A stretch of DNA of 64,000 nucleotides from an uncultured Acidobacteriota bacterium (GTDB lineage Bacteria; Acidobacteriota; JAQAZP01): the NCBI GenBank assembly GCA_963836075.1, contig CAWIIB010000001.1, forward strand, positions 608,001 to 672,000, given 5' to 3'. The first letter of the stretch is position 1, and every line of letters starts with the position of its first letter. The notes beneath the pieces are model-generated. The model worked only from the letters and a program-made list of their open reading frames with translations, made no database searches and was not told where the DNA came from. The position numbers and the translations under genes were made by a program. Shown here one piece after another: positions 33,297 to 42,726 of this stretch.

Positions 33297-34109
33297 TCAG
33301 GTCGCCCCCGCCCGATCCGGGCAGCTCAGGCGGACCTCGTCCCCCCGCTTGACCCCGGTGAGCGCGGCGGCGCTTCCCCTGTTCACGGCGATTTCCAGAT
33401 ACCCGGCACTTCCCACCAACGCCACCGGCTCCCCGGGCGGCGCCTCGGCATAGGTGCCCACCAGCCGTGAGACCTGCCCCCCGTCCCACTCCAGCACCAG
33501 GGAGCCGTCCCCGGGACCGTGCTGCTGCAACGTGGCGCCGGGGATGCTGGTGATCAGGTTGCCGAACACGTCCACCTGCAGCACCACGCCCCGGATCACA
33601 CCTCCCACCACCCGGTTCTGCTCCGGCAGCCACTCCGCCCGCACCGCGTGCGGCAGCGGTGGGCCCAGCTGCTCCCAGGAGGTTCCGCGGGAGAGCCAGG
33701 CCGCCGCCGGGGCAAAGATGTCCCGGCCGTGAAAGGTCCGGCTCACCGGGGACAGCCGCACGTCCTCAGCTGTCAACTGCCGAAAGTTTACCTGGTCCGC
33801 GGCGTCCAGCGCAGCGGTGAACAGCCCGTTGTCCGGGCCCACGAACCAGTGACCGTCGGCCCGGGCCACCAGTGGCAGGCGCTCCGTCCCCACCCCCGGG
33901 TCCACCACCGCCAGGTGCACCGTTCCCCGGGGGAACCAGCTCCAGGCCGTGGCCAGGATAAAGCCGGCAGCGGCGATGTCGCCCGGCTGCACCTCGTGGG
34001 TCAGGTCCACCAGCCGGGCCCCGGGGTCGATGCCCAGGATCACCCCTTTCATCACGCCCACATAGGCGTCCCGCGACCCGAAATCGGTGAGCATGGTGAT
34101 CACGGCCAT
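33297..34109 (-). CDS. SAM hydroxide adenosyltransferase (DUF62) family protein
   Basis: LTDFG, VVDPGVG, GPDNG, TFHGRDIFAP, DVFGN, LEIAVN. Confidence 0.9.
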   Translation of the reverse strand: MAVITMLTDFGSRDAYVGVMKGVILGIDPGARLVDLTHEVQPGDIAAAGFILATAWSWFPRGTVHLAVVDPGVGTERLPLVARADGHWFVGPDNGLFTAALDAADQVNFRQLTAEDVRLSPVSRTFHGRDIFAPAAAWLSRGTSWEQLGPPLPHAVRAEWLPEQNRVVGGVIRGVVLQVDVFGNLITSIPGATLQQHGPGDGSLVLEWDGGQVSRLVGTYAEAPPGEPVALVGSAGYLEIAVNRGSAAALTGVKRGDEVRLSCPDRAGAT

Positions 34110-34229
34110 GGCAAATCCCCGGCAGCGGTGGAACGCGGTGAAGACTGAGCAGAGAACCGGTTGCCCGGCGAGGGGGTAGTATATACTACGCTTTTGATCA
34201 GAGTGGAATCGCCGGCCGGAGAAAAGTAC

Positions 34230-35393
34230 ATGGAACGCGTCTATCTCGATCACAACGCCACCACCCCGCTGGCCCCCCAGGTGCTGGAGCTGATGAACCG
34301 GCTGTTCGCCGAAGAGTTCGGCAACCCGTCCAGCCAGCACCGCCAGGGTCAACGGGCCAAGTCCCTGCTGGAAACGGCCCGGACCCTGGCAGCCCGGTTC
34401 ATTGGCGCCGCGCCCCGGGAAGTGCTCTTCTGCGGCTCGGGCACCGAAGCCGATATCATCGCCATCAGGGGCGCCCTCGGTGCGGCGCCGCCGGGTGATG
34501 GTCCAGCCCAGCTGATCACCTCCCCCATGGAACACGACGCGGTGGAAAAGACCTGCCGGGCCATGGAGAAGGAGGGCGTGGGGGTCCGACGGCTGCCGGT
34601 GGACCGGATGGGCCTCGTCGACCCGGACGACCTGCGCCGGGCCATCGGCCCGGAAACCCGTCTGGTTTCGGTGATCCACGCCAGCAGTGAGACCGGCGTC
34701 ATCCAGCCGGTGGGCGAACTGGCCCGGGTCTGCCGCGAGGCCAATGTGCTCTTCCACTCCGATGCGGTGCAGGCCGGGGGCAAGCTGCCCCTGTCCGCTA
34801 AGGAGCTGGGAGCCGACATGCTCTCCTTCTCCGCGCACAAGTTCCACGGGCCCAAGGGGTGCGGCATCCTCTATGTCCGCGGCGGTGTGCGGCTGGCGCC
34901 GCTGATGGTGGGCGGGGGCCAGGAGCGGGGGCTCCGCGCCGGCACTGAAAACGTGCCCCTGCTGGCCGGGGCGGGAGAGGCCGCCCGGCTGGCCGCCGAG
35001 ACCCGGGAGGGGACCGCGCAGCGACTGGACGAACTGCGGGAGCGGATGGAGTCCCGGATCCTGGACACCGTCCCGGGGACGGTGGTGCACAGCCGCGGAA
35101 CTCCACGGCTGGCCAACACCACGTCCCTCTCGGTGGCCGGTCTTGAGGGGGACACCCTGGCCATCAACCTCGACCTCAAGGGCTTCGCCGTCTCCACCGG
35201 CTCGGCCTGCTCCTCCACCTCCCCCGAGCCGTCCCGGATCCTGGGGGCCATGGGGGTGCCCGAGGAACTGAACCGGGCCACCATCCGCATATCCACCGGC
35301 CGGGGCACCACGGCGGAGGAGCTGGACCGCTTTGTGGACGGCCTGGCCGATGTTGTGCAGCGACTGCGCCGGCTCTCCGGCGGCCGGCGGTGA
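34230..35393 (+). CDS. iscS: Cysteine desulfurase (IscS/NifS type)
   Basis: YLDHNATT, GNPSS, SAHKFHGPKG, RAGTEN, STGSACSS. Confidence 0.9.
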   Translation: MERVYLDHNATTPLAPQVLELMNRLFAEEFGNPSSQHRQGQRAKSLLETARTLAARFIGAAPREVLFCGSGTEADIIAIRGALGAAPPGDGPAQLITSPMEHDAVEKTCRAMEKEGVGVRRLPVDRMGLVDPDDLRRAIGPETRLVSVIHASSETGVIQPVGELARVCREANVLFHSDAVQAGGKLPLSAKELGADMLSFSAHKFHGPKGCGILYVRGGVRLAPLMVGGGQERGLRAGTENVPLLAGAGEAARLAAETREGTAQRLDELRERMESRILDTVPGTVVHSRGTPRLANTTSLSVAGLEGDTLAINLDLKGFAVSTGSACSSTSPEPSRILGAMGVPEELNRATIRISTGRGTTAEELDRFVDGLADVVQRLRRLSGGRR

Positions 35394-35405
35394 GGAAGGG
35401 GACCG

Positions 35406-36485
35406 ATGGGCATCTGCGGCTCTGACAGGATCGCCGTGGCCATGAGCGGCGGCGTGGATTCCACCACCGCGGCCCTGCTGCTGGCCGATGCCGGGCACCG
35501 GCTGCTGGGGATCACCATGCGGCTCGCCCCTCCCGGTTCCCCCGCGTCGGACCCGGCGGTCGACGCTGCCGGGGCGGCGGAACTGATCGGTATCCCGCAC
35601 CACGTGGTGGACCTGCACCAGCCGTTCGAGAAGCTGATCGTCCACCCCTTTGCCAACGCCTATTGCAGCGGGCTGACCCCCAACCCCTGCGCCCGCTGCA
35701 ACGTCTCGGTGAAATTCGGCCTGCTGGCCCGGCAGGCGGCCGACCTGGGCTACCCGGCGCTGGCCACCGGCCACTACGTGCGCCGGGAAGCCGGCCCCGC
35801 GGGTTGGCGGCTGCTTCAAGGGACTGACCGGACCAAGGACCAGTCGTACTTCCTCTTCGGCCTGGGCCAGGAGCAACTGGCCCGCGCCTGCTTCCCCCTG
35901 GGCGGGATGACCAAGGACGAGGTGCGGTCCATCGCCACCAGCCGCGGCCTGCCCGCCGGCGGCAAGGCGGAAAGCCAGGACATCTGCTTTCTCACCGCCT
36001 ACGGCGACAGCGGAGTTGCGGCCCTGGCCGCACGCCTGGCCACGCCGCCGCGGGCCGGTGAAATCGTCGACCGGAACGGGAACGTGCTGGGTGCGCACCA
36101 CGGCGTCCATCATTTCACCGTGGGCCAGCGGCGCGGGCTGGACCTGCCGTCCACCCGGCCCTGGTACGTCCTGCGGCTGGAACCGGAAACGGCCCGGGTG
36201 GTGGTGGGACGAGAGGAGGACCTCTACAGCCGGCGGCTGACCCTGGCCGGGGCGAACTGGATTTCCTCTCCCCCGCCGACTCTCCCTCTGGAGGCCGATG
36301 TCCGCATCCGCTACCGCCATCCCGGCGCCCCGGCCACCATCGAACCCGGTCCTCACGGTTCGAACCTCGAAGTGCTGTTCGAGGAGGAGCAGCGGGCAAT
36401 CACCCCCGGTCAGGCCGCGGTTTTCTACCAGGGCGAAGAGGTTCTGGGCGGCGGCTGGATCTTGACACCAGGCGGCCCCAACTGA
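35406..36485 (+). CDS. mnmA: tRNA 2-thiouridine(34) synthase
   Basis: AMSGGVDS, TPNPCARCN, KDQSYFL, ESQDICF, TPGQAAV. Confidence 0.95.
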   Translation: MGICGSDRIAVAMSGGVDSTTAALLLADAGHRLLGITMRLAPPGSPASDPAVDAAGAAELIGIPHHVVDLHQPFEKLIVHPFANAYCSGLTPNPCARCNVSVKFGLLARQAADLGYPALATGHYVRREAGPAGWRLLQGTDRTKDQSYFLFGLGQEQLARACFPLGGMTKDEVRSIATSRGLPAGGKAESQDICFLTAYGDSGVAALAARLATPPRAGEIVDRNGNVLGAHHGVHHFTVGQRRGLDLPSTRPWYVLRLEPETARVVVGREEDLYSRRLTLAGANWISSPPPTLPLEADVRIRYRHPGAPATIEPGPHGSNLEVLFEEEQRAITPGQAAVFYQGEEVLGGGWILTPGGPN

Positions 36486-36498
36486 GGATTTATCCCTA

Positions 36499-36570
36499 AT
36501 GTTAAGTGCATGTTAAGCCGATATGTAGGATACCGTGTCTCTTGACGATCACTGAGTGGTATGCTAATTT
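36499..36570 (+). promoter_or_regulatory. AT-rich promoter with tandem ATGTTAAG repeats
   Basis: ATGTTAAG at 36499 and 36510 (11-bp period); TTGACG-N17-TAATTT at 36542-36570. Confidence 0.5.
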
Positions 36571-36654
36571 GAATTGTTAATAAAATCCTGAACCAGAAGG
36601 ATGAAAGGCGTCTCTTCCCCGGGAAACCGGTGTCCAGGACCCAGTGGATTGCCC

Positions 36655-37815
36655 ATGCCGGACTCGTCACCCACCCAGCTCGCCGGAAACCTGAGCACCA
36701 TGAACCTTGCCGATCTGCTGCAGTGGATCTGCCTGGGGCACAAGACCGGCACCCTGCACCTGCAGAACGGGAGCATCCGCAAGCAGGTCTATATCCTCGA
36801 AGGAAAGCTGGTCTCCGCCGGATCGAACATCTCCCGCGAGCGGCTGGGGCAGTTTCTGCTGCACCACGGCCGGATCACCGAGGACGACCTGCGGGCCGCG
36901 CTCTCCCACCAGGCCGCCGGCGGCAAGACACTGGGGGAGATTCTCTGCCGCCTGGGCAAACTGAACCAGGCTTCGCTGCTCAGCATCCTCCAGCTCAAGG
37001 CCGAGGAGACGATTTACGACCTGTTCCACTGGAACAAGGGCAACTTCCACTTCGTGGCCGACAAGCTCCCCGAGTGGGCGATGACCGAAATCCGGCTGGA
37101 CGTGACCATGCTGATCATGGAGGGGCTGCGGCGCAAGGACGAGATGGAGATGATCCGGCAGACCCTGCCAACCAACCGCATACTGCTGGCGGTGAACGAC
37201 GGGCGCGAGGCGGATGCCGAGGCCCTGACCGGTTTCGACCGCCACGTGGTGAACCTGGTGCGCCGGGGGCTGACCATCGCCGGGATCAAGGATAACTCGC
37301 GGGCGCCGGAGTTCATCCTGCTGAAAAGGCTCCACGAGTTCGTGGAACAGGGCCTGCTGCGGGTGGAGCGCAACCTCTCCAGTGAGGACCGGGACCCGGA
37401 TCAGCTGACCTTTGTGGAATGCCTGAACCGCTGCCGGCAGAACCTCGCCGACGAAGACCTCAACGCCACCCTGCAGAGCCTGGATTCTCTGCGGACCCAG
37501 GCCCAGGGCGAACCGGGCGGGGAGGCGGCGCTGGCCGGGCTGGAGAAATCGACGGCGGAGCTGATCTACAGCACGATCATCAGCCCCAACCACGTCCCGG
37601 TGCTCAAGCACGGCCTGGACCAGCTGGTGGAGATGAAGTTCAGCGCCGAAGAGGGATTCATCGTGTCGCGGATCGACGGCGTGACCGACATCAGGTCGGT
37701 GGTGCAGATCAGCCCGGTGAGCGAGTTCGACACCCTGCTCATCTTCCGGCGCCTGCTTGAAGAAGAGGTGATCGACCTCACCGGAACCGGCGAGATCATA
37801 CCGCGCAAGAACTAG
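36655..37815 (+). CDS. DUF4388 (PatA N-terminal-like) domain protein
   Basis: LAGNLSTMNLADLLQW...KTGTL, RLGQFL, LFHWNKGNFHF, LIMEGLRRKDE; C-terminal EGFIVSRIDG. Confidence 0.8.
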   Translation: MPDSSPTQLAGNLSTMNLADLLQWICLGHKTGTLHLQNGSIRKQVYILEGKLVSAGSNISRERLGQFLLHHGRITEDDLRAALSHQAAGGKTLGEILCRLGKLNQASLLSILQLKAEETIYDLFHWNKGNFHFVADKLPEWAMTEIRLDVTMLIMEGLRRKDEMEMIRQTLPTNRILLAVNDGREADAEALTGFDRHVVNLVRRGLTIAGIKDNSRAPEFILLKRLHEFVEQGLLRVERNLSSEDRDPDQLTFVECLNRCRQNLADEDLNATLQSLDSLRTQAQGEPGGEAALAGLEKSTAELIYSTIISPNHVPVLKHGLDQLVEMKFSAEEGFIVSRIDGVTDIRSVVQISPVSEFDTLLIFRRLLEEEVIDLTGTGEIIPRKN

Positions 37816-37977
37816 TGTGGTGTACCAGAAATTCCTTCTCGTGATTTGGCCTCCACATCACGGTCCGCTGTGTTGCTCATCGCTTGCATACCTCAGGGTA
37901 TGCGCGCTCTTCGCGCCTTGCGGGCCGCGCGCGGAAACCAAATCCTTTGAGAACTTATTTCTGGGACACCACACTAG
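37812..37977. mobile_element. MITE-like palindromic element (166 bp) with CTAG at both ends
   Basis: CTAGTGTGGTGTACCAGAAAT...ATTTCTGGGACACCACACTAG (20/21 inverted match, extending imperfectly to ~45 bp); internal hairpin GCATACC-TCAG-GGTATGC. Confidence 0.8.
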
Positions 37978-39302
37978 CCCGCAACGGAGCGGGAACGCAG
38001 GAACCCGGCCAGCTCGTCTCGGCCCACCTCCTGCTGCTCCGCGGAAGCGAGGTCCTTGACCCGCACCACCCCGCGCTCCAGCTCATCGGGGCCCAGCACC
38101 GCCACCAGCGGAATGCCCTTGCGGTCGGCATAGCCGAACTGCCGGCCCAGTTTCTCGGTCCCGGGGAAGACCTCCACCATCACGCCGTCCCGGCGCAGCT
38201 GGTCCGCCAGTCTGAGAGATTCGGCGGCCAGCTGGTCGTCGAAGACGGTGACCAGCATGGCGGCGGCGGCCGGGGCCTCGCTCTCCCGGTCCAGCTGCTG
38301 CAGAGCTGTGGTGATGCGGTCCAGGCCGAGGGTGGTGCCGGTGGCCGGCAGGTCCCGGCCGGTGAGCTCTCCGATCATGCCGTCGTAGCGGCCGCCGCCG
38401 GAGAGGCTGCCGATGTGGGGCAGGTCGTCGAGCACCGTCTCGAAGATCGGTCCGGTGTAGTAGTCCAGGCCCCGGGCCAGGTGGGGGTCGAAGGATACGG
38501 CTTCCTCGGGCACGCCCAGCGGCTCCAGCAACCGGTAAAGCCGCTCGATGGTCTCCAGGCCGGTGACGGTTTCCGGCCTGGAGCCCACCGCGCTGCGCAG
38601 TGCCGCGGACCGTTCCTGCCGGTCGCCCGGGAGGTCGAGCAGCCGGAGAATCTCCCGCGACGGGTCGGCCCCCACGCCTTTTGACTCCAGCTCGGCCAGC
38701 ACACCATCGGCGCCGATCTTCTCCAGCTTGTCGATGCTCCGGCAGACCTCGTCCTCCATCCCCCCGGCCACCCCGGCGCCAAGGATAATGCCGCTGAGCA
38801 GCTGCCGGTCGTTGAGCCGGATGCGCACCGAGCCGAAGCCCAGTTGCCGGAACGCCTCGTAGAGGATGGCGATCAGCTCCGCGTCGGCGATGGTCGACGC
38901 GCTGCCCACGCAGTCCGCGTCGCACTGGATGAATTCCCGGTAACGGCCCTGGCGGCTGGAGTGCCGGTCGGCCCGCCAGACCGGCTGCATCTGGTATCGT
39001 TTGAAGGGCAGGCCCAGTTCGGGATACATGGCCACCACCCGGGCCAGCGGGACGGTGAGGTCGTAGCGCAACGCCAGTTCACGGCCGCCCTTGTAGTCCA
39101 GGCGGTAGATCAGCTTCTCGGCGTCCTCGCCGTATTTGCCGGTGAGCAGGTCGTAGCGCTCGATGGCCGGAGTCTCCAGGGGTTCGTAGCCGTAGCGCAG
39201 AAAGATCGAGCGGAAGATGCCGGCCACCCGCTCCCGCTGCCGCATGTCCTGCGGCAGAAAATCCCTGGTTCCCTTGAACAGCCGCGGTACGATTTTGCCC
39301 AT
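37974..39302 (-). CDS. hisS: Histidine--tRNA ligase
   Basis: KGTRDF, LRYDLTVPLAR, GRYREFIQCDAD, ARGLDYYTG, GGGRYD. Confidence 0.96.
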   Translation of the reverse strand: MGKIVPRLFKGTRDFLPQDMRQRERVAGIFRSIFLRYGYEPLETPAIERYDLLTGKYGEDAEKLIYRLDYKGGRELALRYDLTVPLARVVAMYPELGLPFKRYQMQPVWRADRHSSRQGRYREFIQCDADCVGSASTIADAELIAILYEAFRQLGFGSVRIRLNDRQLLSGIILGAGVAGGMEDEVCRSIDKLEKIGADGVLAELESKGVGADPSREILRLLDLPGDRQERSAALRSAVGSRPETVTGLETIERLYRLLEPLGVPEEAVSFDPHLARGLDYYTGPIFETVLDDLPHIGSLSGGGRYDGMIGELTGRDLPATGTTLGLDRITTALQQLDRESEAPAAAAMLVTVFDDQLAAESLRLADQLRRDGVMVEVFPGTEKLGRQFGYADRKGIPLVAVLGPDELERGVVRVKDLASAEQQEVGRDELAGFLRSRSVAG

Positions 39303-39332
39303 CGATATCTCTCCAGCCTTGAATCGCCGAGG

Positions 39333-40578
39333 TCAGCGGCGTTCTGTGGTCAGTCGGGTGTACAGTTCCTGATACAGCGGAAAGACGGTGTGTTCCCAGT
39401 CGAACCGCTGGCCAAGCTTCTGTTGGCCGGCCCGGCCCAGCCGCTCCCGCAGATCGGCGTCCTGCAGCAGCCGCTGGAGATATTCGGCCAGCACGCGGGC
39501 CTGCCCGCAGGGCACCAGCAGCCCGTCCTCGGCCATCGTCGATCACAGCCGGAATACCACCGGCCATGGCCCCGATCACCGGTTTGCCATAATACCATGA
39601 CTCGAGAAAAACGTAGCCGAAGGAGTCGGCCCGGGAGGGGAGGACAAAAACATCCTGGGCGGCCAGGGCGTCCTTTTTCAACTGCTCGTCCGGGCTCTCC
39701 AGGTCGATGATCCGGGCGCGGAAGGCCGGATCGATACCCCGCAGGTAGCTGCCGAAACCCTCTTCCGTGGAACCGGCCAGCACCAGCCGGGCATCGGACC
39801 CGCGGCGCCAGAGCAGCTTCATCGCCTCCACCGCGTCGCGGGACCCCTTGAGCACCGACTTGTGGGCCAGGTGCAGCACCAGCGGCCCATCGACGCCATA
39901 CCGCTTGCGGAACCGCTCGCCGTCTCCCCCGCCCATCCCGGCCAGGTCGAGGCCGTTGGGCGCCACGGTGATGCGCTCTTCGGCCACGCCGCAGCGCGCC
40001 AGCAGTTCGGCCTCGCCGGCGGTTTTGGCGATCACCGTGTCGGCGCCGCGCAGCATGGCCAGTTGCTCGGGCGCGGTGTAGTGGCCCAGCAGCCCGCTCG
40101 GCCGGCAGCGCTCCCCGCTGTGCACGTGCGGCGAGACGACCAGCGGGATCCCGGCCCGGCGGGCGATGCGGCCGCCGGCCCGGATGATGGCGTTCACCGG
40201 CAGCGAACTGGCGTGAACGATATCGAACGAGCGGTGGTCCCGGCCGGTGGCCCTGATCAGCGAGGGCAGCCAGGGCGAGTGGGCCAGCCACCCCCGGACC
40301 GCGGAAAAGGGCAGCCGCGCCGCACCGCTGAGCGGGGAGCGGTGAAAGGGCAGGTAGCGCACCGGGAAGCGGACCACCCGCACGCCGCCCACCACCTCCT
40401 CCCCCGCCGGGAGGTGGGCTGCCTCACGGTCCCAGAAATAGCGGAAGTCGAGGGCGTTGGTGGTGTAGACGGTGACACTGTGGCCGGCGGCGGCCAGCGA
40501 TTCGGAGAGGAGCTGGAAACTCTTTTCCGCGCCGCCGTGGGACGGCCAGTAGCGGTGTACCAGGTGCAGTATGTTCAT
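39333..40578 (-). CDS. Glycosyltransferase family 4 (frameshift near 39531)
   Basis: GGAE, DVFVLPSRADSFGYVFLESWYYGKPVI; the 39333 ORF supplies the C-terminus. Confidence 0.85.
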
Positions 40579-42455
40579 TGCAGCTCGATGGGCAGTTCAC
40601 AGGTGGCGGAACCACGGTTCTCGAACCAGTCGATGAACTCGTCCACCAGATCGATCTTCAGCCGAAACTGGCCGTGGCAGTGCAGCGGCGGGACCGAGAC
40701 GAACACCCGGTCGGTCTGACCGGGAAAGAGGTTGCGCGCCAGGTAGAACCGGGGGAAGGCCTCGCGGACCATCTTGCCCTCGGTGTCGAAGAGCTTGAGC
40801 CCCAGGGCCACGTGCCCGCCGCCGGGCAACGGGTTGGCCAGCCAGACCGTGTCACCGAGGTTCTCCAGTTCCACCTCGATGGGGATCTCGGCGTGGGCAT
40901 ACATCCGCTCGGGGTGGGAGGTGACGCGGATCCGGGCCCGCAGTTCGCCGGGGGTCAGGCTGGTGGGCAGCCGCCCGCCCTCGCGGTAGATGGCGGGCAG
41001 CGGCTCCTCGGACAGCGGCCGGCGGAGAAACGGCGACAGGCAGTCCAGCAGGCTGATCTCGTGGACCATGATGCCGAGGTCCATGGTACAGCGGGTCAGC
41101 TCGGCCTCGAAGATGGCATCCACCTCGAAACGGACCTCGCAGTCCTCTTCGCCGTTGCGCTCCACCGGGAAGTGGTGTGTCTGCCAGCTGTCCAGCACCG
41201 GCACGGTCCCCAGGCAGTGACCGTTGCCGTAGACCGAGAGCTGCGGGACATTGACCAGCGCATAGGGGCAGTTGACGTGCACCTGCAGGGTCAGCCCCTC
41301 CCCCTCGGGGACACCGAGGCGGCAGACCGCCGAGCGGCCGATCCAGCGGAAGCGGCCCCCGTCCTCGCCGTCCAGGTTGTACCAGCCCATGCCCAGGTGC
41401 CCGTCGCTGACCCCCATGATCACCCGGTGGGGGTAACGGCCGCCCTCCGGCCGCTGGAAGGGATCGTAGTCCAGCTCCTGTCCGACGTTCACCGGCACAT
41501 CCACCCGCTGCTCCAGGAGAGCCCAGAAGGAGGCGGGGATCTTTTTGCGGTTGCGCAGCCGGGAAACCAGGATTCGGGGCAGCCGCAGCAGGGTGGCCAG
41601 AATGGCGCGTATCCGCATCCGGCAGTAGGTGTAGTGACCCGACCGGAGGTTCTCGCTGAACAGCTCCCACTCCCGCCCGAGAATCCGGGTGAAGACCCAG
41701 GGGATCTTGCGCAGGGGGAAGAATTTGAGGACGAAGAGAAAGTAGTTGCGCTTGGAGAGCAGCACCTTGGTCAGCGGCTGGCGTTCGAAGAAGGCCGAGT
41801 ACTTGTGGTAGACGATGGAATCGGGCGCCACCTGCACCGTGTAACCGCACATCCGCACCCGCAGGGCCAGGTCCACGTCCTCGAAGTAGGCGAAGTACAT
41901 CGGGTCGAACAGGCCGGCGGCCTCCAGGGCCTCGCGCCTGATCAGCAGCGCCGCCCCGCAGACGCTGACCACCTCCCGCACCTCCTGCCACCGCGGCCCG
42001 TCGATCCGGCCCACGCAGGCGTCCCAGGCAAAACCCAGCAGGTTCATCCCGTGACCGAAACTGCTGATCAGGCCCCGCTGGGAGAACATCAGGATTTTCG
42101 ATCCGCAGATGCCCACCTCGGGGTCGGCCTCCATCACCTCCAGCAGGCCGTCCAGCCAGTCCGGCTCGACCTCGGTGTCCGCGTTGAGCAGCATCACGTA
42201 GTCGGCGCCCGATTTCAGGGCGTGAAGAAACCCCACGTTGTTCCCCCGGGCAAAGCCGATGTTGCGGTCGTTGACCACCACTTCCACCCCGGGGTAGCGC
42301 TCACGGACAAACTCCACGCTGCCGTCGGAGGAGGCGTTGTCCACCAGGAGGATGTGATGGTTGGGATAGGTGGTGCGCAGCAGCGAGTCGAGACAGCAGC
42401 CCAGATGGTCCTTGCCGTTCCAGTTGAGGATAATGCTCACCACACGGGGTTTCAT
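40575..42455 (-). CDS. Glycosyltransferase family 2 with C-terminal beta-sandwich-like extensions
   Basis: ILNWNG, VDNASSDGS, LLNAD, YFEDVDL; ~290-aa extra C-terminus. Confidence 0.85.
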   Translation of the reverse strand: MKPRVVSIILNWNGKDHLGCCLDSLLRTTYPNHHILLVDNASSDGSVEFVRERYPGVEVVVNDRNIGFARGNNVGFLHALKSGADYVMLLNADTEVEPDWLDGLLEVMEADPEVGICGSKILMFSQRGLISSFGHGMNLLGFAWDACVGRIDGPRWQEVREVVSVCGAALLIRREALEAAGLFDPMYFAYFEDVDLALRVRMCGYTVQVAPDSIVYHKYSAFFERQPLTKVLLSKRNYFLFVLKFFPLRKIPWVFTRILGREWELFSENLRSGHYTYCRMRIRAILATLLRLPRILVSRLRNRKKIPASFWALLEQRVDVPVNVGQELDYDPFQRPEGGRYPHRVIMGVSDGHLGMGWYNLDGEDGGRFRWIGRSAVCRLGVPEGEGLTLQVHVNCPYALVNVPQLSVYGNGHCLGTVPVLDSWQTHHFPVERNGEEDCEVRFEVDAIFEAELTRCTMDLGIMVHEISLLDCLSPFLRRPLSEEPLPAIYREGGRLPTSLTPGELRARIRVTSHPERMYAHAEIPIEVELENLGDTVWLANPLPGGGHVALGLKLFDTEGKMVREAFPRFYLARNLFPGQTDRVFVSVPPLHCHGQFRLKIDLVDEFIDWFENRGSATCELPIELQ

Positions 42456-42564
42456 CGGGCCTGGCCGCTGCTTTCCCGCCTCCGGCAGGCGATGTGATCG
42501 GTGTTTTCCGGCCGGGCCTTTGCTCTCGCCCGCCCGGGGACGAGGATGCTGAATCAGGAAAAGC

Positions 42565-42594
42565 ATCATACGTGACAGTTATTTGCACTGTCAA
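42565..42594 (-). promoter_or_regulatory. sigma70 promoter overlapped by a palindromic operator
   Basis: TTGACA-N18-TATGAT; TGACAGT-N7-ACTGTCA at 42573-42593. Confidence 0.6.
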
Positions 42595-42726
42595 CGAAGC
42601 CCGCGGATGCCGGCCCCCGCGCCGTGGAACAGCCCTCAAGAGTGCGCTGCCGGCAGCCGTTAAAGAATATGGCGCTACCGTTATGCGTAGGAAGAGTGTG
42701 GCTGCATACATATCGGAGGTCCCAGG

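Noticed and set aside
33297-34109. True fluorinase or chlorinase
   Set aside because: It retains the TFHGRD motif typical of DUF62 SAM hydrolases and has no biosynthetic context
34110-36356. The 1019-aa minus ORF and other long antisense ORFs (e.g. 25892-27757, 40578-42497, 55809-58118)
   Set aside because: Shadow frames of real genes in high-GC DNA; only the DUF62 part of the 1019-aa ORF is recognisable
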